From Nemertoderma westbladi (taxonomy: Eukaryota; Animalia; Xenacoelomorpha), in the NCBI GenBank assembly GCA_032718475.1, contig JAUCBJ010004604.1, forward strand, positions 1 through 34,639: a stretch of 34,639 nucleotides of DNA, given 5' to 3'. Of the stretch, positions 11,568 to 23,537 are shown piece after piece (within the stretch, counting starts at the first letter, position 1; each line of letters opens with the position of its first letter). The notes under the pieces were generated by a model. The model saw only the letters and a program-made list of their open reading frames with translations, was not told the origin of the DNA and made no database searches. Made by a program: the position numbers and the translations under genes.

Positions 11568-12644
11568 TTCTTGTTCCTTCCTCCCTACTTCCTCACACTC
11601 CCTAAGGCTTCTCGCGGCCCTTTCGGCCCTCTCTCCGGTTTCTTTAATCAACGCCATTTCCCTCTCTAACAGCACTCTCCCCTCCTCTAACCGTCTACCT
11701 ACTTCCCTTTGACCTTGCTCTATCAAATCGAGATGGTACGTGGCATTTATCTCTCTCACCCGTCTTCCTTTCGCGGAGGATGTAGCAGACTTATCGGTTT
11801 CGACGGATTCCGTCCGCCTTCCCGACCTACTGACTTTCCCCCGCCTCCCGGAACTTCCTCCGACCGACGAGGCCGAATCCTCGGGGTTAACCTCGGATTC
11901 GCCCTCCTCAGGTCTCTCCCAACCCACTAATTTTAGTCCCCGGGCATCGACTAAGTATGGCCCTACGTACACTACGCTAGGTTCCATACCCCTACACCGC
12001 CACAAGTCATACAGTTCCTCGGCAACCCCTCTCGCTCTCTCCTTTGCCAGTTCTCTTTGCCCGAAGCGCATTAGATAATTAAAGTGTTTATTCGACTCAC
12101 CTAGTCGTTTCCTCAGTCTCACCTCGTCTATCTTCGCCCCCTCTTTGGCCTCCTTTAGCAGTTTCTGGGTCGCATTGTAGGCCCGTCGAAGTCGATCAGA
12201 AACCCCGACGTCCTCGTCGCCGACCTCTCTTCCGTCTCTCCGGGTCCGACGTCGTACCGGCGGCCCTACCGTCGCCGTTTCGGTGGGCCGTTCGTCGCCC
12301 TCAGCCTGTAGCTGGCCGGCGACATCAGTACGTCGACCCACGTCCCGTGTCGACTCGTCTCCTTCTCCCTCCGTCTCGCTCTCTCCTCCTCTCGGCTCGA
12401 CCTCGGGTTCCAGGCGGCCCCCCTCATCCTGAACTGCCGGGTGACCCGTTATCGATGGGTCCGGCGTTGTGGGCCTGTACCACCTGGTTGCGGCCTCGCG
12501 GATCGTTAATTCTTCGTCCGGGGTCCGCGTTGGCGTCGTCTCTCCCGACTGACTCATCTCGCTTGGTGATTGGTGGCTGGTAGTTTAGCTAGCTAGGGCG
12601 GCAGCTCTGAGTTTAATTACTGTGACACCGACGGATTTAATTAC

Positions 12645-13153
12645 TGTGACGGGATCCAGGAAGGATCCCGGTTTATCCGGTTGTTTAGTTCACGCGTCCC
12701 CGCCGTGTGTATGAAAGGTAAAAAGAGTTCGTGTCGTTCATCGTATATAATAATCGGTTGTACGGATATATAGATATAGGGTATATAGATATAGGTATAT
12801 GGATAATGTTGTCGTATACGGAAGGCGGGATACGGTAATTAAAGTCCCGGTCCTTCCCTAGCTAAACTAACTAACCTAACTAGCACCAATATGATACTGA
12901 GATAACTGAACTGAAATGATTACTGCCAACTGGCTATATTGCACGGTTGGCCTTGTTACTCTACCTAATCGATGCCTTTCCCCCCTCTGATTGGTTGATA
13001 CCCTTGTTGGCGCCCTTTGGAGTGTTCCCGTTCACTCCACCTGTTCTCTCTGGGTTAGGGGTTTGGCCCCTGACCCTCATTGTGTTTCTCCTTCCCATTT
13101 TGTTGGGGTGACACGAGTTGGTGATTACCCAATCTCGTGGCCCCCAATATTAC
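12645..13153 (-). repeat. 5' LTR of the nested BEL element (~509 bp)
   Basis: Ends defined by alignment to 3125-3611. On the minus strand: CCAATCAG near 12990, TCAGT Inr-like motifs near 12900-12915, ends ...GTCACA; the initial T of TG is absent. Confidence 0.82.
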
Positions 13154-13544
13154 GTCGTTGCAAGTTGCTGTAAAGACTTGGTTCCAATGGGTGAGTCTTA
13201 AAGTCCAAGGAACGACACAATGGAAAATTCAGCTAACTGAGCGCGCGACCCACGGAGAATCAACAAACACTACCTTTTCTCAGGTGGAAAGCGATGTTAC
13301 ATCAGAGAAACCTCAGAAGAAGGACGCTATTGACATCTATCTGTCGGACTATCAATGATTTAAAGGTGACAAAGAGTTAAGGAGAAGGCTAGCTGGACTT
13401 CACCCTAATAGTGAGGGAGCCAAATTTGTGTTAGACTCATTAGAGGCGGAAATGTTAGCCGCTGAGCAGGCTAAATTTGATGAAAGCATCCTCATCGCTA
13501 GAGAACAGGAAGAACAATTAAAGAAAAAACGGATAGAAGACCGA

Positions 13545-13772
13545 AAGGCAGCAGCAGCGGCAGCGGCAGAAGTTGAAAGAAAAGCGGCAGCGGCAGCGGC
13601 AGCAGCAGAAGCGGAAAGAAAAGAGGCGGAGGCTGAAAGAAAAGCGGCAGTGGCAGAAGCAGAAAGAAAAGCGGCAGTGGCAGAAGCGGAAAGAAAGGCG
13701 GCAGAGGCAGAAAGAAAAGTGGCAGCGGCAGAAGCGGAAAGAAAAGCGGCAGAGGCAGTGGCAGAAGCAGAA
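13545..13772 (+). repeat. 21/27-bp coding repeat encoding (A)nEAERK helix
   Basis: GCAGAAGCGGAAAGAAAAGCGGCA units in ORF 13428-13838. Confidence 0.9.
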
Positions 13773-15541
13773 CGGAGGGCATCTGAAAAGACAGCCCAAT
13801 TAGAGTTGGAAAATCTTCAAGAGAAGCAGGACTACTAAATAGCTAGTCAGATGCAGATGATAAGTCGATCTACATCATCGATCTTCATCATCATTTACAT
13901 CATCTGATGAAGGCGAAACAACAGATCCTGAAGGCGGAGGAAATAGATCTCGTTCCAGTAGACGTAGAAGAACACCCCACCATCAGAAATTGCCTAATTT
14001 GCCCCCAGCTGTGAGAAGGCAACTAGCTAGTGTAGATTTAGGTAGTACAGAACCCACAGACCAAATTATTAGAGTAGACAGACTCCCTACTATAGTGGAT
14101 GAGCCTGAAATAATTAGGCCTGTTCTCGGAGGCACTCCCTCTGTGATAGAGACACCTGTACTTCCAGAACCTAACTCTAAATTCCCTTTGCACAGTACTA
14201 AACTACCTGTGCCCAGTAGGACAGATCCTGAATCAGTCCCGGTCCTGGACGCCGAGCAAGACATAAACGATTTGTCGCCCGTCGTCCCTCGTCTACCCGC
14301 TACCATGTTGGCGGCTCCCGCTTCGGCGGTAGAGTGGGTGGATGAGGGACGGGGGGGGGGGGGGGGGGGGGTGGATCTCCTGCTCGGACAATTGGAGGAA
14401 AATTTCTTATGTTCCTCCCAGCAGGTCCGAGAGATGGAAGGGACTGTTCAGCAGTTAAAGGGAACAGTAAGAGAGGGTAGGTTAGAGTTGAGAGAAGCTC
14501 AGCAGAGTATCGCATTAGAACGCGATAAATTGGTAAATATACAAAGGGGTATACCACCACCCCCTGTAACAATATGTCAACCTGTTAGGTCTGAAGTATT
14601 TCATGCACAAGGTGTGGAGCCTACACGCATCTATACTGCTAGTGAAGTAGAAACTCCTATAGCAAACCCTATTAAGGGTAATTATAAACCTGTTGATAAT
14701 GATATTCCATATAGACCTGATCATAATCCGAGAAATTTATATACCGATAACTCGATATTAAATAATACGATGGCCCAAGAAAGTTTTACACGTCAAATGC
14801 GTTATGGCTAGAACCGAAGCCCGTCAAGCGGTAAAGGGGGAGAGATCGTCAAGTTGAAATGGTTACCTTTTAATGAATATTATAAAGATAACATACAGAG
14901 TTCCGTACTATCCCACGGAGAGAAACTTAGATTCCTCATCGAGTGCTTGGAAGGACCTCCCAAGTTAATGGCGTTAAAGTTTATTGGACATCCATATGGA
15001 TATGGACTAGCTATCCAGCTGGATAGCTAGGTATTTGTATGTGAAATTAGTAGCGCCCCGAAAGTTTCTTAGCAGCGGGATTATAGAATTTTCCGATGAG
15101 ATCCAGGAGATCTGTAGACAGTTAGATTGGTTAGGTAAGTGTCATGAATATCAGAGTTCCATGGTTGTTGGAGCCGTGGCATCTACTTTGCCAAAGGGTG
15201 GAGTAGGTACACGTTGGGACAAAAGAGTTCTCTATATGATGGACCAGCAACAAAGAGACCCTACCATGGCTGATCTCATGTCATTCTTAAATGGAGAGGT
15301 AAGATTACAGCTCCTAAAGCAGTCTCGAGAGAAGACACCGGAGAATAAGGTGAGTGAAAAACCCGTTTCTAGGAGAAAAGTAACACCAGTGTGTTATACA
15401 GACGACGGCGAAAGCCAAACCTCCCATGAAGAGAACAGCGGGAAAGACACCGAAAGATCTTACTATGTCAACAAAACACTGAAAGACGTAAGTAAATCTA
15501 AGTCTCGAACCAGTGACAGGAGAGGAGAACAGGTAACAAAA

Positions 15542-15879
15542 CTAAAATATTTCAAAACAAAGTTAAAAAAACAGTTCCTATCGAAATATAGCCATGAGGA
15601 TGCAACCTAGCGGATTTGCACCTGTGACTGCCGCTAATTAATAGAACATCATTTATTATACTGTAGATGTAATGTAATAATGATTGTACTGTAGGCCTAC
15701 TCGATTCCTCATACTGTATATTTGTACTGTTGTACACGGTGCAGCCTAGCTGTTACCTGGAACCCTGTGACGCTTATTTGCTTATAATTATCAGTAAATA
15801 CTGTATGTATTAACTGCCTTGTGCAAATATATATTTGAATGAGTTTTTAGCAAATAAAAGAGATATAATAATAATAATA
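15542..15879 (+). mobile_element. 5'-truncated LINE 3' end (CR1/L2-group-like) inserted in gag
   Basis: TSD AGGTAACAAAA at 15531-15541 and 15880-15890; C-terminal FKTKLKKQFLSKY, AT-rich 3' UTR, AATAAA near 15853, (ATA)n tail. Removal restores in-frame ...EQVTK-TPPTSPKR...KPKCALC. Confidence 0.82.
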
Positions 15880-16200
15880 AGGTAACAAAAACTCCTCCTA
15901 CGTCTCCTAAGAGAATTCGTGGAAGAAAGCCCGAGGAAAGAACAAGTGTGCACAACACCACACAAATTAAAGTAAGTAACATCAAACCCAAATGTGCATT
16001 GTGCGACGGGCCCCATCGCTTGAGTGGATGTGATGAATTCTTGAAGAAATCCCTAAAGGATAGACGTGATGTCATGTGGGATAAGCGGTTGTGTTATAAT
16101 TGTCTTGGACAAGGACACCAACGGCGGACCTGTTACTCAGACATGAGGTGCGCTAAGTGCGGCGCGAAACATCATATCTTGCTGCACACAGAATTTGAAA

Positions 16201-19200
16201 GAACCCGCACGAGTCAGGTAAGTGAGCCCGAACTACATGTCCAATTCAGTGATGTGAATGACACTGACCACAGCTCTGAGATGGAAGGATTTTACACGGA
16301 CGAATTCTCCGACGAAAACGAATCCTGTTATATGATAAACACTGCAGTGTATCAAGCGCTTACGTATGAGACTGAAACCGATAACGAAGTGCAACCGACT
16401 ATTCCAGACCGACAACCATCTTGGAAAACGCCAACTTCCAATGTCGGAATCCGGGAATTCCCAGTAGTGCATCTGAGAGTCCACGGGAAAGGTAAGAGTT
16501 TTATAGTAAACGCCCTCCTTGACTCCGGCAGCACAGGAACATTCATCGACAAAGAACTAGCCGAAGACATCTTTGCTGGACAACCCAAGTTCCAAACTAA
16601 GTTGAACCTTTCAGGAATTAAGCAGGTTTGGAAATCCACAGTAGCTACAGACTACTACGTAGGCATGTTGTCCACTCCCCAGGATGAACTAGGAGAACAC
16701 AGCATAAGGTCAGTAAAAATGGTGGCGATAAAGAACTTTGCTACCAGCCAAGTGGAACCTTACAACTGGGATGAAGACGATTTTACCCAGCAGCATGATA
16801 TCCCTAGATTCAACACCGACTACACAGGGGTGCGGATATTGATCGGCCAAAATGCGCATGAGGCACTTGAAACATTAGAAAAACGGCCTGCTAGACCGAA
16901 ACCATTACAAACATATGCGGAAAGAACGAGAGTAGGTTGGACCTTCCCGTAGAACACTCATGGAAAGATTACCTAATGAACAAGTACATCAGGTGAGTGA
17001 ATGGGAAGAAGAAATCAGTGAGGGAGAGACCACAACTGAGGGAACACCATACTCCTCAGATAATGACTATATTAACCAATTATTTGACGAGGAAAATACA
17101 ATCGACCTCCTCACCGAAAATGAAACTTGGCAAAACCAAGTGAACCTGTGCCATCTCATCAATCATGGCGGACAATTCGACTACAACGACGAACTAAATG
17201 AGGTGATAGATCAATACAACGATAAGATTCGCGATGAACACGCCGTACGATTCTTTACTCAAGAAGCCGTAGAGCCTAATTCCTATGACAAGGCCCTATC
17301 TGTCGAGGAGGAGAGAGCCAAGCAGATTCAGGAAACGACTACTCGTTTTCTTAAAGATCAAGGTAGATATGAGAGTGGTCTTCCGTTCCGATGGCGAGAA
17401 CCCAACTTTATAAATAACCGACCCTTAGCGGAGAAGAGAATCGTGCAACTACATCGGCATCTTACGGCCAATGCTTCAGCTAAAGAGATGTATAAGACCC
17501 AGCTGAAGAAATTCATCGATAAGGGATACGCGGAGCGAGTACCGGAAGAAACACCCATAACTGAGAGAATGTATTATCTAACACATCATTACGTTCCCAA
17601 ACCCGGTAAAACCAACAAAGTCCAGGTAGTATTCGACGGCTCTGCCCTTTACATGGGCCAATCCCTTAACTCGGAGTTGTTGCCGGGACTCAACTTACTC
17701 CAATCCTTGTTGGGAATACTCTTAAGATTACGGCAATATTCTATTGCTTTCGCTTCGGATATAGAAGGCATGTTCTTACAAGTCAAGGCGCTGGATAGGG
17801 ATCGAGACAGCCTACGATTTCTGTGGTGGCCTGAAGGAGCCCTCAACCAAAAACCGGTGGAGTACTGGATGACCATCCAGGCTTTCGGGATCATCTCGAG
17901 CCCCTTGAATGCTTGTTCAGTAGTGCGTACCACTGCTGATGACAACCGAGACGCCTTCCATAAAGCGGTTATCAACAATATCAATCGGGATATATACATG
18001 GACGACAATTTAAAGTCCCTCCCATCGGTGGAAGAAGCCATTGATGTTGCTAAGGGAACGGTAGAGTGCTTGAAACGCGGTGGATTTCGACTAACCAAAT
18101 TCACAAGTAACTCCCGTGAGTTTCTGGAATCTATCCCGGTAGAAGACCGAGGTGTTAAAGATCTGGACCTTATCAAGGACGATCTTCTGGAAACCAAGAC
18201 GCTTGGTTTGAAATGGGACACGGAGAGAGATATCCTGTTTTTCCAGCTAAAACAGCGAGATAATCCAGTTTGAACTAAATGGATTTGTCTAAGTATCCTG
18301 AGCATTTATTTCGATCCATTGGGATTTATTAGCCCAGTTATATTGGTTGCTCGGAGTTTAATGCAACAAATGTGGCTTGAAAACCACTCATGGGACGATC
18401 CACTTAAGGGAGAACTGTTAAAGAAGTGGATGAAATGGGAAGATTCTCTACCTGCTATCGAGAACTTTACGATTTCCCGTTCATATTTTGGTCACGTTCT
18501 CCCCACATATTCCTATCAACTCCATGTGTTTGGAGGCGCCAGCGATACAGGAATAGGTATAGTAGCCTACCTGAGGGTTGAAACTCCGGATGGAATTAAA
18601 GTTGCCTTGGTTACCTCTAAGGCCTTGATAAACAACAAGCTACGAGTTCCTCGAGCGGAGTTAAAGGCGGCTCTATACGCTACAGCCATCGGCCGGAATG
18701 TAACAGAACAGATCGACTATCCACTGGAGAAAACTGTCTATTGGACTGATGCTTTACTCGTTTTGGAGTATATAACCAATGAAGTCTGTCAGTTCAGCGT
18801 CTTCGTTACCAACAGAGTAGCCATTATACTTAGTCGCACTAATGTAGATCAATGGAGACATTGCCCTGGGACGATTAATCCAGCCGACATTGCCTCCAGA
18901 GGAGCAACTCCTCAAGAACTGATAGATACTCCAGACTGGTTTGGTTGACCCGACTTCCTAAGTAAAGAAGAGGATGAATGGCCTCCTCATCTCACCACGG
19001 CTGAAATTAGACAAGCCAAGGGAGTGGAGAAAGTCAAACCCAAAACCCGGACGAGTAAATCAAAGTTATTTAAACCGGTGATAGATCTGTCTTTACTACA
19101 CATTTCCGGGGATAACGCTGTGGATCTAAACTCCCCCGCCAAAAATAAATCTGTCGTGGAAATTAGAGAAAGAGACTGGAAATCTGGAACACCAGATGTC

Positions 19201-19542
19201 TCACCTCTCCTGCAGAGAGAGATAAATCACTATAGCTCCTGAAACCGGCTTTGTAAGGCCGTCGTGTATTTGAAGCGATGCTTCCATCATCACTACTCCA
19301 GGATAAAGATTGCTAGTGATACCGCTCCACCGACATCCGAGCAGGTCCATGCTATTAAAGATCTTCCCAAATATAAAGTATCAGATAGGTTTCTGATGGA
19401 GAAGATCAGTTGCCAGGAGCATGAAGAAACCAATAAGCAGATACTGAGACTCCTGCAATGCTATGAAGATTCCGATAAGTATTTCCTGCTGTTGAGAAAT
19501 CCACAGATGTGCTTAACGGATCGTTTCTCTAGCACAATGATA
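16201..19542 (+). pseudogene. pol of the large BEL element: protease, RT, RNase H (Pao peptidase A17-type region)
   Basis: ALLDSGSTGTFI; VQVVFDGS, SDIEGMFLQV, IYMDD, TLGLKWD; FDPLGFISP; LHVFGGAS, PRAELKAA, YWTDA, WRHCPGTINPADIASRG; several stops/frameshifts. Confidence 0.93.
19318..19542 (+). repeat. 225-bp TSD, left copy
   Basis: GATACCGCTCC...CACAATGATA; 3 mismatches versus 21985-22209. Confidence 0.95.
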
Positions 19543-21984
19543 CTAGTACTACTACTACTACTAGGATCGGCATGCTGCATTGCAGCTGCATTTTTAAGAA
19601 TGCTGTGCCGGCTTGTCAACAAAACTGCACCGCCACAACTCCCTATCACCCATGACATTTGCTAGATCATCCGCATCTTCAAGGCCAGTGTCCTTTAAGA
19701 TGCGTCTCAAGAAAGTCATGGGCTGTCCACCATACTTATTCACTCCATGAGGCTGCCAAAGTACAAGATTATGCACAGGCTGGTCCTCACGGCGAAAGCA
19801 ATGTCCTGCAAAGCAGAGGCGATTTTGTTCTAGTGTCAAGCTTGGGGGAACCAATGAGACACCTCCAATGTTATATAGTGTCTGGTTGGAGATGTGTGCA
19901 TTGTACTTGACACAATGAACCTGGCGTAGCATTCTTGTGAATGTGCCATCCAGAGATTTGGTGTCCTCAGCAGTTAGAGCCCAGCATGGACTCCCGTAGA
20001 GGAGTACTGGAACTACTGCTGCTCTAAATAATCGGACCTTAAGTTTCCGATTAATTCTCGGTGACTTCCAAATCCTGGAAAGCCTATTCAAGGCTGCCCA
20101 TGTCTTTCCCTACGTATTCGAAGGTCCTCACCTGACTTCCGGATCCATGATCCCAGGTAACATAAGTCGTCCACATGCTCAAGCATACCATCCTTTGAGC
20201 TTATGCTCATCCGATCAGAGACTTGCTGAGGACTTTCAAAGTTAACTGTCAAAATTTTGGTCTTTCGGGAGTTAATAAAAAGACCAACACTAGAAGCAGC
20301 ATGTTCTAATGAGCTGAGGAGCCGTTGGGCTCCCTCTAGTGATTCTGAGAGTACTCCTAAGTCATCAGCAAAGTCTAGATCAGTTAGGTACTTGGCAGGA
20401 TTTCCTCGACTTCTGGAGCCAGTAGGTGGAGTTATCATCACCCCATCATCATTATAATGTTCTAAGGACATGCGTAGAACATAGTCAACCACAATAATGA
20501 ACAAGAATGGTGCAAGTGTGTCTCCTTGGAGGACGCCCCATAACACTTCAAATGGTTCTGTGTCACCGTCAACAGTGACACAATAATGTTGTTGAACCAT
20601 CGTATACTGATCTTATTGCTGCAATAATTTCATCAGGAATCCCATATAATGAAAGTATGCTGAACATACGTGAGCGAGAGACTAAATCAAAGGCCTTGAA
20701 GAAGTCAACAAAGATAACAGCCAGATGCCTGTCTTTCTTTTTTGTTAATTCTTCAATTATCCTTCTAAGTGCCAAAATGGGCTCCATGGTACCACGACCT
20801 TTACGGAACCCATTCTGATTTCCACGGAGCAGTCTCTCAATGGGATCCCTGATGCGATTTAATAGAATCCTATTGTATAGCTTTGCAGCAATCGAGATCA
20901 ATGAGATTCCCCGAAAAGAACTATAGAGTGTTAGGTTGCCCTTCTTGGGAACTGGCACCAACTTATTTGTTTTCATTTCTTGTGGGACTCTTGTTGTTCG
21001 GTACATGTCTAATATGATGGGATAGATGAGCTTTAAACACTCAGGTATTTTAAAGACCTCAGGGGGAACACCATCTACTCGACTGGCACGATTGGTCTTA
21101 ATGCTCTTTGCAGCAGCCTTCACTTCTGCAAAGGAGATATCGCCAATGGGAATATCTCGGAGTACAGACTCAGACACTTTTACTTCTATAAAGTTATCAG
21201 GCAATACCCTGTCATTATTGAGGAGCTTTTCAAAGTGGGCTTTCCAACCATTGAGGCGATTGGCTGGTGATTCAGCCTTAACCTTGGTGGTTGGTTGGCT
21301 TTTCCGCCCAGTAAGCAAGTTGATCGATTTCCATGCCTGGGATGATTGCCTGCTGTCGTCAGCATCATTGATGGCATCAACCTGTTTGTTTATTAGCTCC
21401 TGTAGATTAACAGAGTACTGCCTGTTCAGGGACCTAGATGCAGCCTTAACTGCATTCTTGGCCGCTGTAGTCTGTTTGAGTCGGGACTCTTTCTGCGCCT
21501 TATGAAGGTCATTTCGGCACTTTTGAATTTTGTTGTCAGTCCAGGGGGCCCTTTTCCTGTTTCGAGGGTATACAGGAACTGTTTCTGCAGCTGCTAACTT
21601 AACTGCTTCTGTAAAGGCAGTATAGCCCTCACAGTGATCTGCCGCCTCAGAGGCAAGAGCCTCATACCTGTTGCTCAGCTGTAGTGTGAAGCTGGATCTT
21701 ACACTTGGTTGTTGCAACAGAGAGGACCAGTCATGTCGTGGCAAGGCAGATTTAGTTGTTCTGCTAGCACGCAGAGTAAGTCTTACCTTGGCCACAATAA
21801 GGCGGTGATCACTGGGGAAGGGTCGAAGTGTAAATGCATTACAGTCTTGTATAGAGCTCCTGTATTTCCTACGAAACAGAATATGGTCTATCTGAGACTT
21901 GTGACCACTGGGTCCACTATGAGTCCATAGCTTTCCAGTTCGCTTCTTGAACTGGGTTCCAGCCAAAAACAATCCATTTCCAGA
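19543..21984 (-). mobile_element. 5'-truncated RTE-clade LINE (partial AP endonuclease + RT), (TAG)n tail
   Basis: SQIDHIL...SDHRLI; VPVPKKG...FRGISLISIAAKLYNRIL, QNGFRKGRGT, FVDFFKAFD, GVLQGDTLAPFLF, DFADD, YLGS, LLYGS, FAGHCFR; frameshifts near 20600 and 20090. Confidence 0.93.
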
Positions 21985-22209
21985 GATACCGCTCCACCGA
22001 CATCCGAGCAGGTCCATGCTATTAAAGATCTTCCCAAATATAAAGTATCAGATAGGTTTCTGACGGAGAAGATCAGTTACCAGGAGCATGAAGAAACCAA
22101 TAAGCAGATACTGAGACTCCTGCAATGCTATGAAGATTCCGATAAGTATTTCCTGCTGTTGAGAAATCCACAGATGTGCTTAAGGGATCGTTTCTCTAGC
22201 ACAATGATA
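21985..22209 (+). repeat. 225-bp TSD, right copy
   Basis: Direct repeat of 19318-19542; reads on into integrase (...SSTMIDGLIRVG). Confidence 0.95.
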
Positions 22210-23537
22210 GATGGGTTAATACGCGTTGGAAGGAGACTAACTAATGCTCCATTATCCTTTGACACTAAGTTTCCCATACTCATTAGAAATCTTGAAATAC
22301 AAATCAAGATGATTGTAGATGTTCACAGTAGGCTTTACCATGCTGGTAGAGAACGAGTTCTTAGCGAAATTCGAACTCGCTATTACTTCCATAAACCCCG
22401 TCGAGCTCTGAACCAAGTTCTTAGGAACTGTATACCCTGTAGGAAAGCATTCAGTAGGCCTTTAACACAGCGAGAGGCAGAATTACTTAGGGAACGAGTA
22501 AGCTTCTATGAACCACCCTTTACTAATACCGGTGTGGATTTATTTGGCCCCATTGAAGTATATCGTGCTAGGACTATAGTCAAGCGATGGTGTGTCATCT
22601 TTGTCTATATGACTTGTAGAGCGATCCATCTAGATATGGTGAACGATCTATCTACCAACAGCTTCATACTGAGTTTACGCCGACAGATCGCTCGCTTTGG
22701 AACTAGCAACACGATGAGATCTGATAAGGGAACGAACTTCATTGGCGCCAATAATGAGATCAAAGCTTACGTTAAAGATTGGAACCAAAGACAGGTGGAC
22801 GATCAGCTAAGGGTAATAGCATCTAGCTGGACCTTCAACGCCGCCGACGCCCCTTGGTGGGGAGGAAGTTGGGAGAGATTAATAAGGAGCGTGAAGACCG
22901 CATTTCACTTTATAGTGCCGTGCCGCGCGTATCTCACTGACAAACTTTTGCGGACGTTAATGGAAGAAATCGCCGCCTATCTTAACGAGAGACCGCTTAT
23001 GCCAGTCTCATCGAGTCCCGACTCCCTAGAAGCGCTAACACCCGCGCATTTCCTACTGTAGAAACCTGTAGTCATGCTCCCACAATCGGAAATCACGGAC
23101 GGAGACGAATACTGTCGACAAACTTGGCAACTTATGCAGTTATTATCCCGTTGTTTCGCTGACCATTTCGAAAAACATTATCTGCCTATGCTACCTACCT
23201 ACGAACCAAGTGGTTTGCGCAGCAAGAAATCGTCAGCGCCGGAGACATGTTCCTTATTGTGGAATCAGATCTTCCACATAAGCGGTGGCAGACAGGTCGT
23301 ATCATCGAGACTCATATATCCGATGATGGTTTAGTGCGATCGGTAGAACTCGTCGTCATGCGACGTAACTTTAAGAAACCTGGAATTGTATTCGAAACAC
23401 AGCAACTCAATCGCCCAGTTGGTCGTTTATGTTTACTGGAAAGAGACAGAGAACTATCCGGAAACTATGGAAGGCAAGATACACTTCTCACGACCACCTC
23501 CCTAATCCAACAAACATCTAGGGACTCCCCAACGTAA
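22159..23537 (+). pseudogene. Integrase and C-terminal (DUF5641-like) domain of the large BEL element
   Basis: HHCC (HSRLYHAG...CIPC); DDE (GVDLFGP, SDKGTNF, GGSWERLIRSVK); LTPAHFLL*; WQTGRI...DGLVRSVEL...RPVGRLCLLE; one stop and one frameshift. Confidence 0.93.

Larger units (their letters stand above)
6322..12557 (-). pseudogene. BEL/Pao gag-pol of the nested element (probably one ORF of ~2080 codons to the truncation)
   Basis: DUF1759-like ELPPMEPFKFDG; zinc knuckles CQLH...H...C and CSRCVMSGHRAREC; protease LVDSGA; RT LRMVVDAS, CDIEGMFNQV, then MI*RGFYVDD (in-frame TGA at 6762-6764); KALGIVWN...IYDPLGLASP. Frame breaks fall at G homopolymers. Confidence 0.9.
6327..13153 (-). mobile_element. 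Nested, 3'-truncated second BEL/Pao element (5' LTR, gag, protease, RT; no RNase H, integrase or 3' LTR)
   Basis: LTR at 12645-13153; coding 12557 down to ~6322, ending at KLKDEWD; TATTACGTC at both junctions (6318-6326, 13148-13156). Confidence 0.9.
13187..16200 (+). pseudogene. gag of the large BEL element (stops/frameshifts; interrupted at 15542-15879)
   Basis: Coiled-coil N-terminus; degenerate capsid region (EKLRFLIECLEGPP...PTMADLMSFLNGE); BEL triple knuckle CALCDGPHRLSGC / CYNCLGQGHQRRTC / CAKCGAKHHILLH. Start codon position is inferred. Confidence 0.85.

Noticed and set aside
7055-12583. Many + strand ORFs over the nested BEL
   Set aside because: Antisense shadows of gag-pol with no independent motifs.
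3125-13153. 3125-3611 and 12645-13153 as the LTR pair of one element
   Set aside because: The first lies outside the Merlin and large-BEL boundaries while the second lies inside; they are much more diverged than the enclosing LTRs and share no TSD.
13498-13803. Cys/Phe-, Pro/Leu- and Lys/Gln-rich ORFs
   Set aside because: Alternative frames of the AEAERK repeat.
19501-19665. Apparent transmembrane segment (ILVLLLLLGSACC) suggesting env
   Set aside because: Read-through from pol into the antisense (CTA)n LINE tail.
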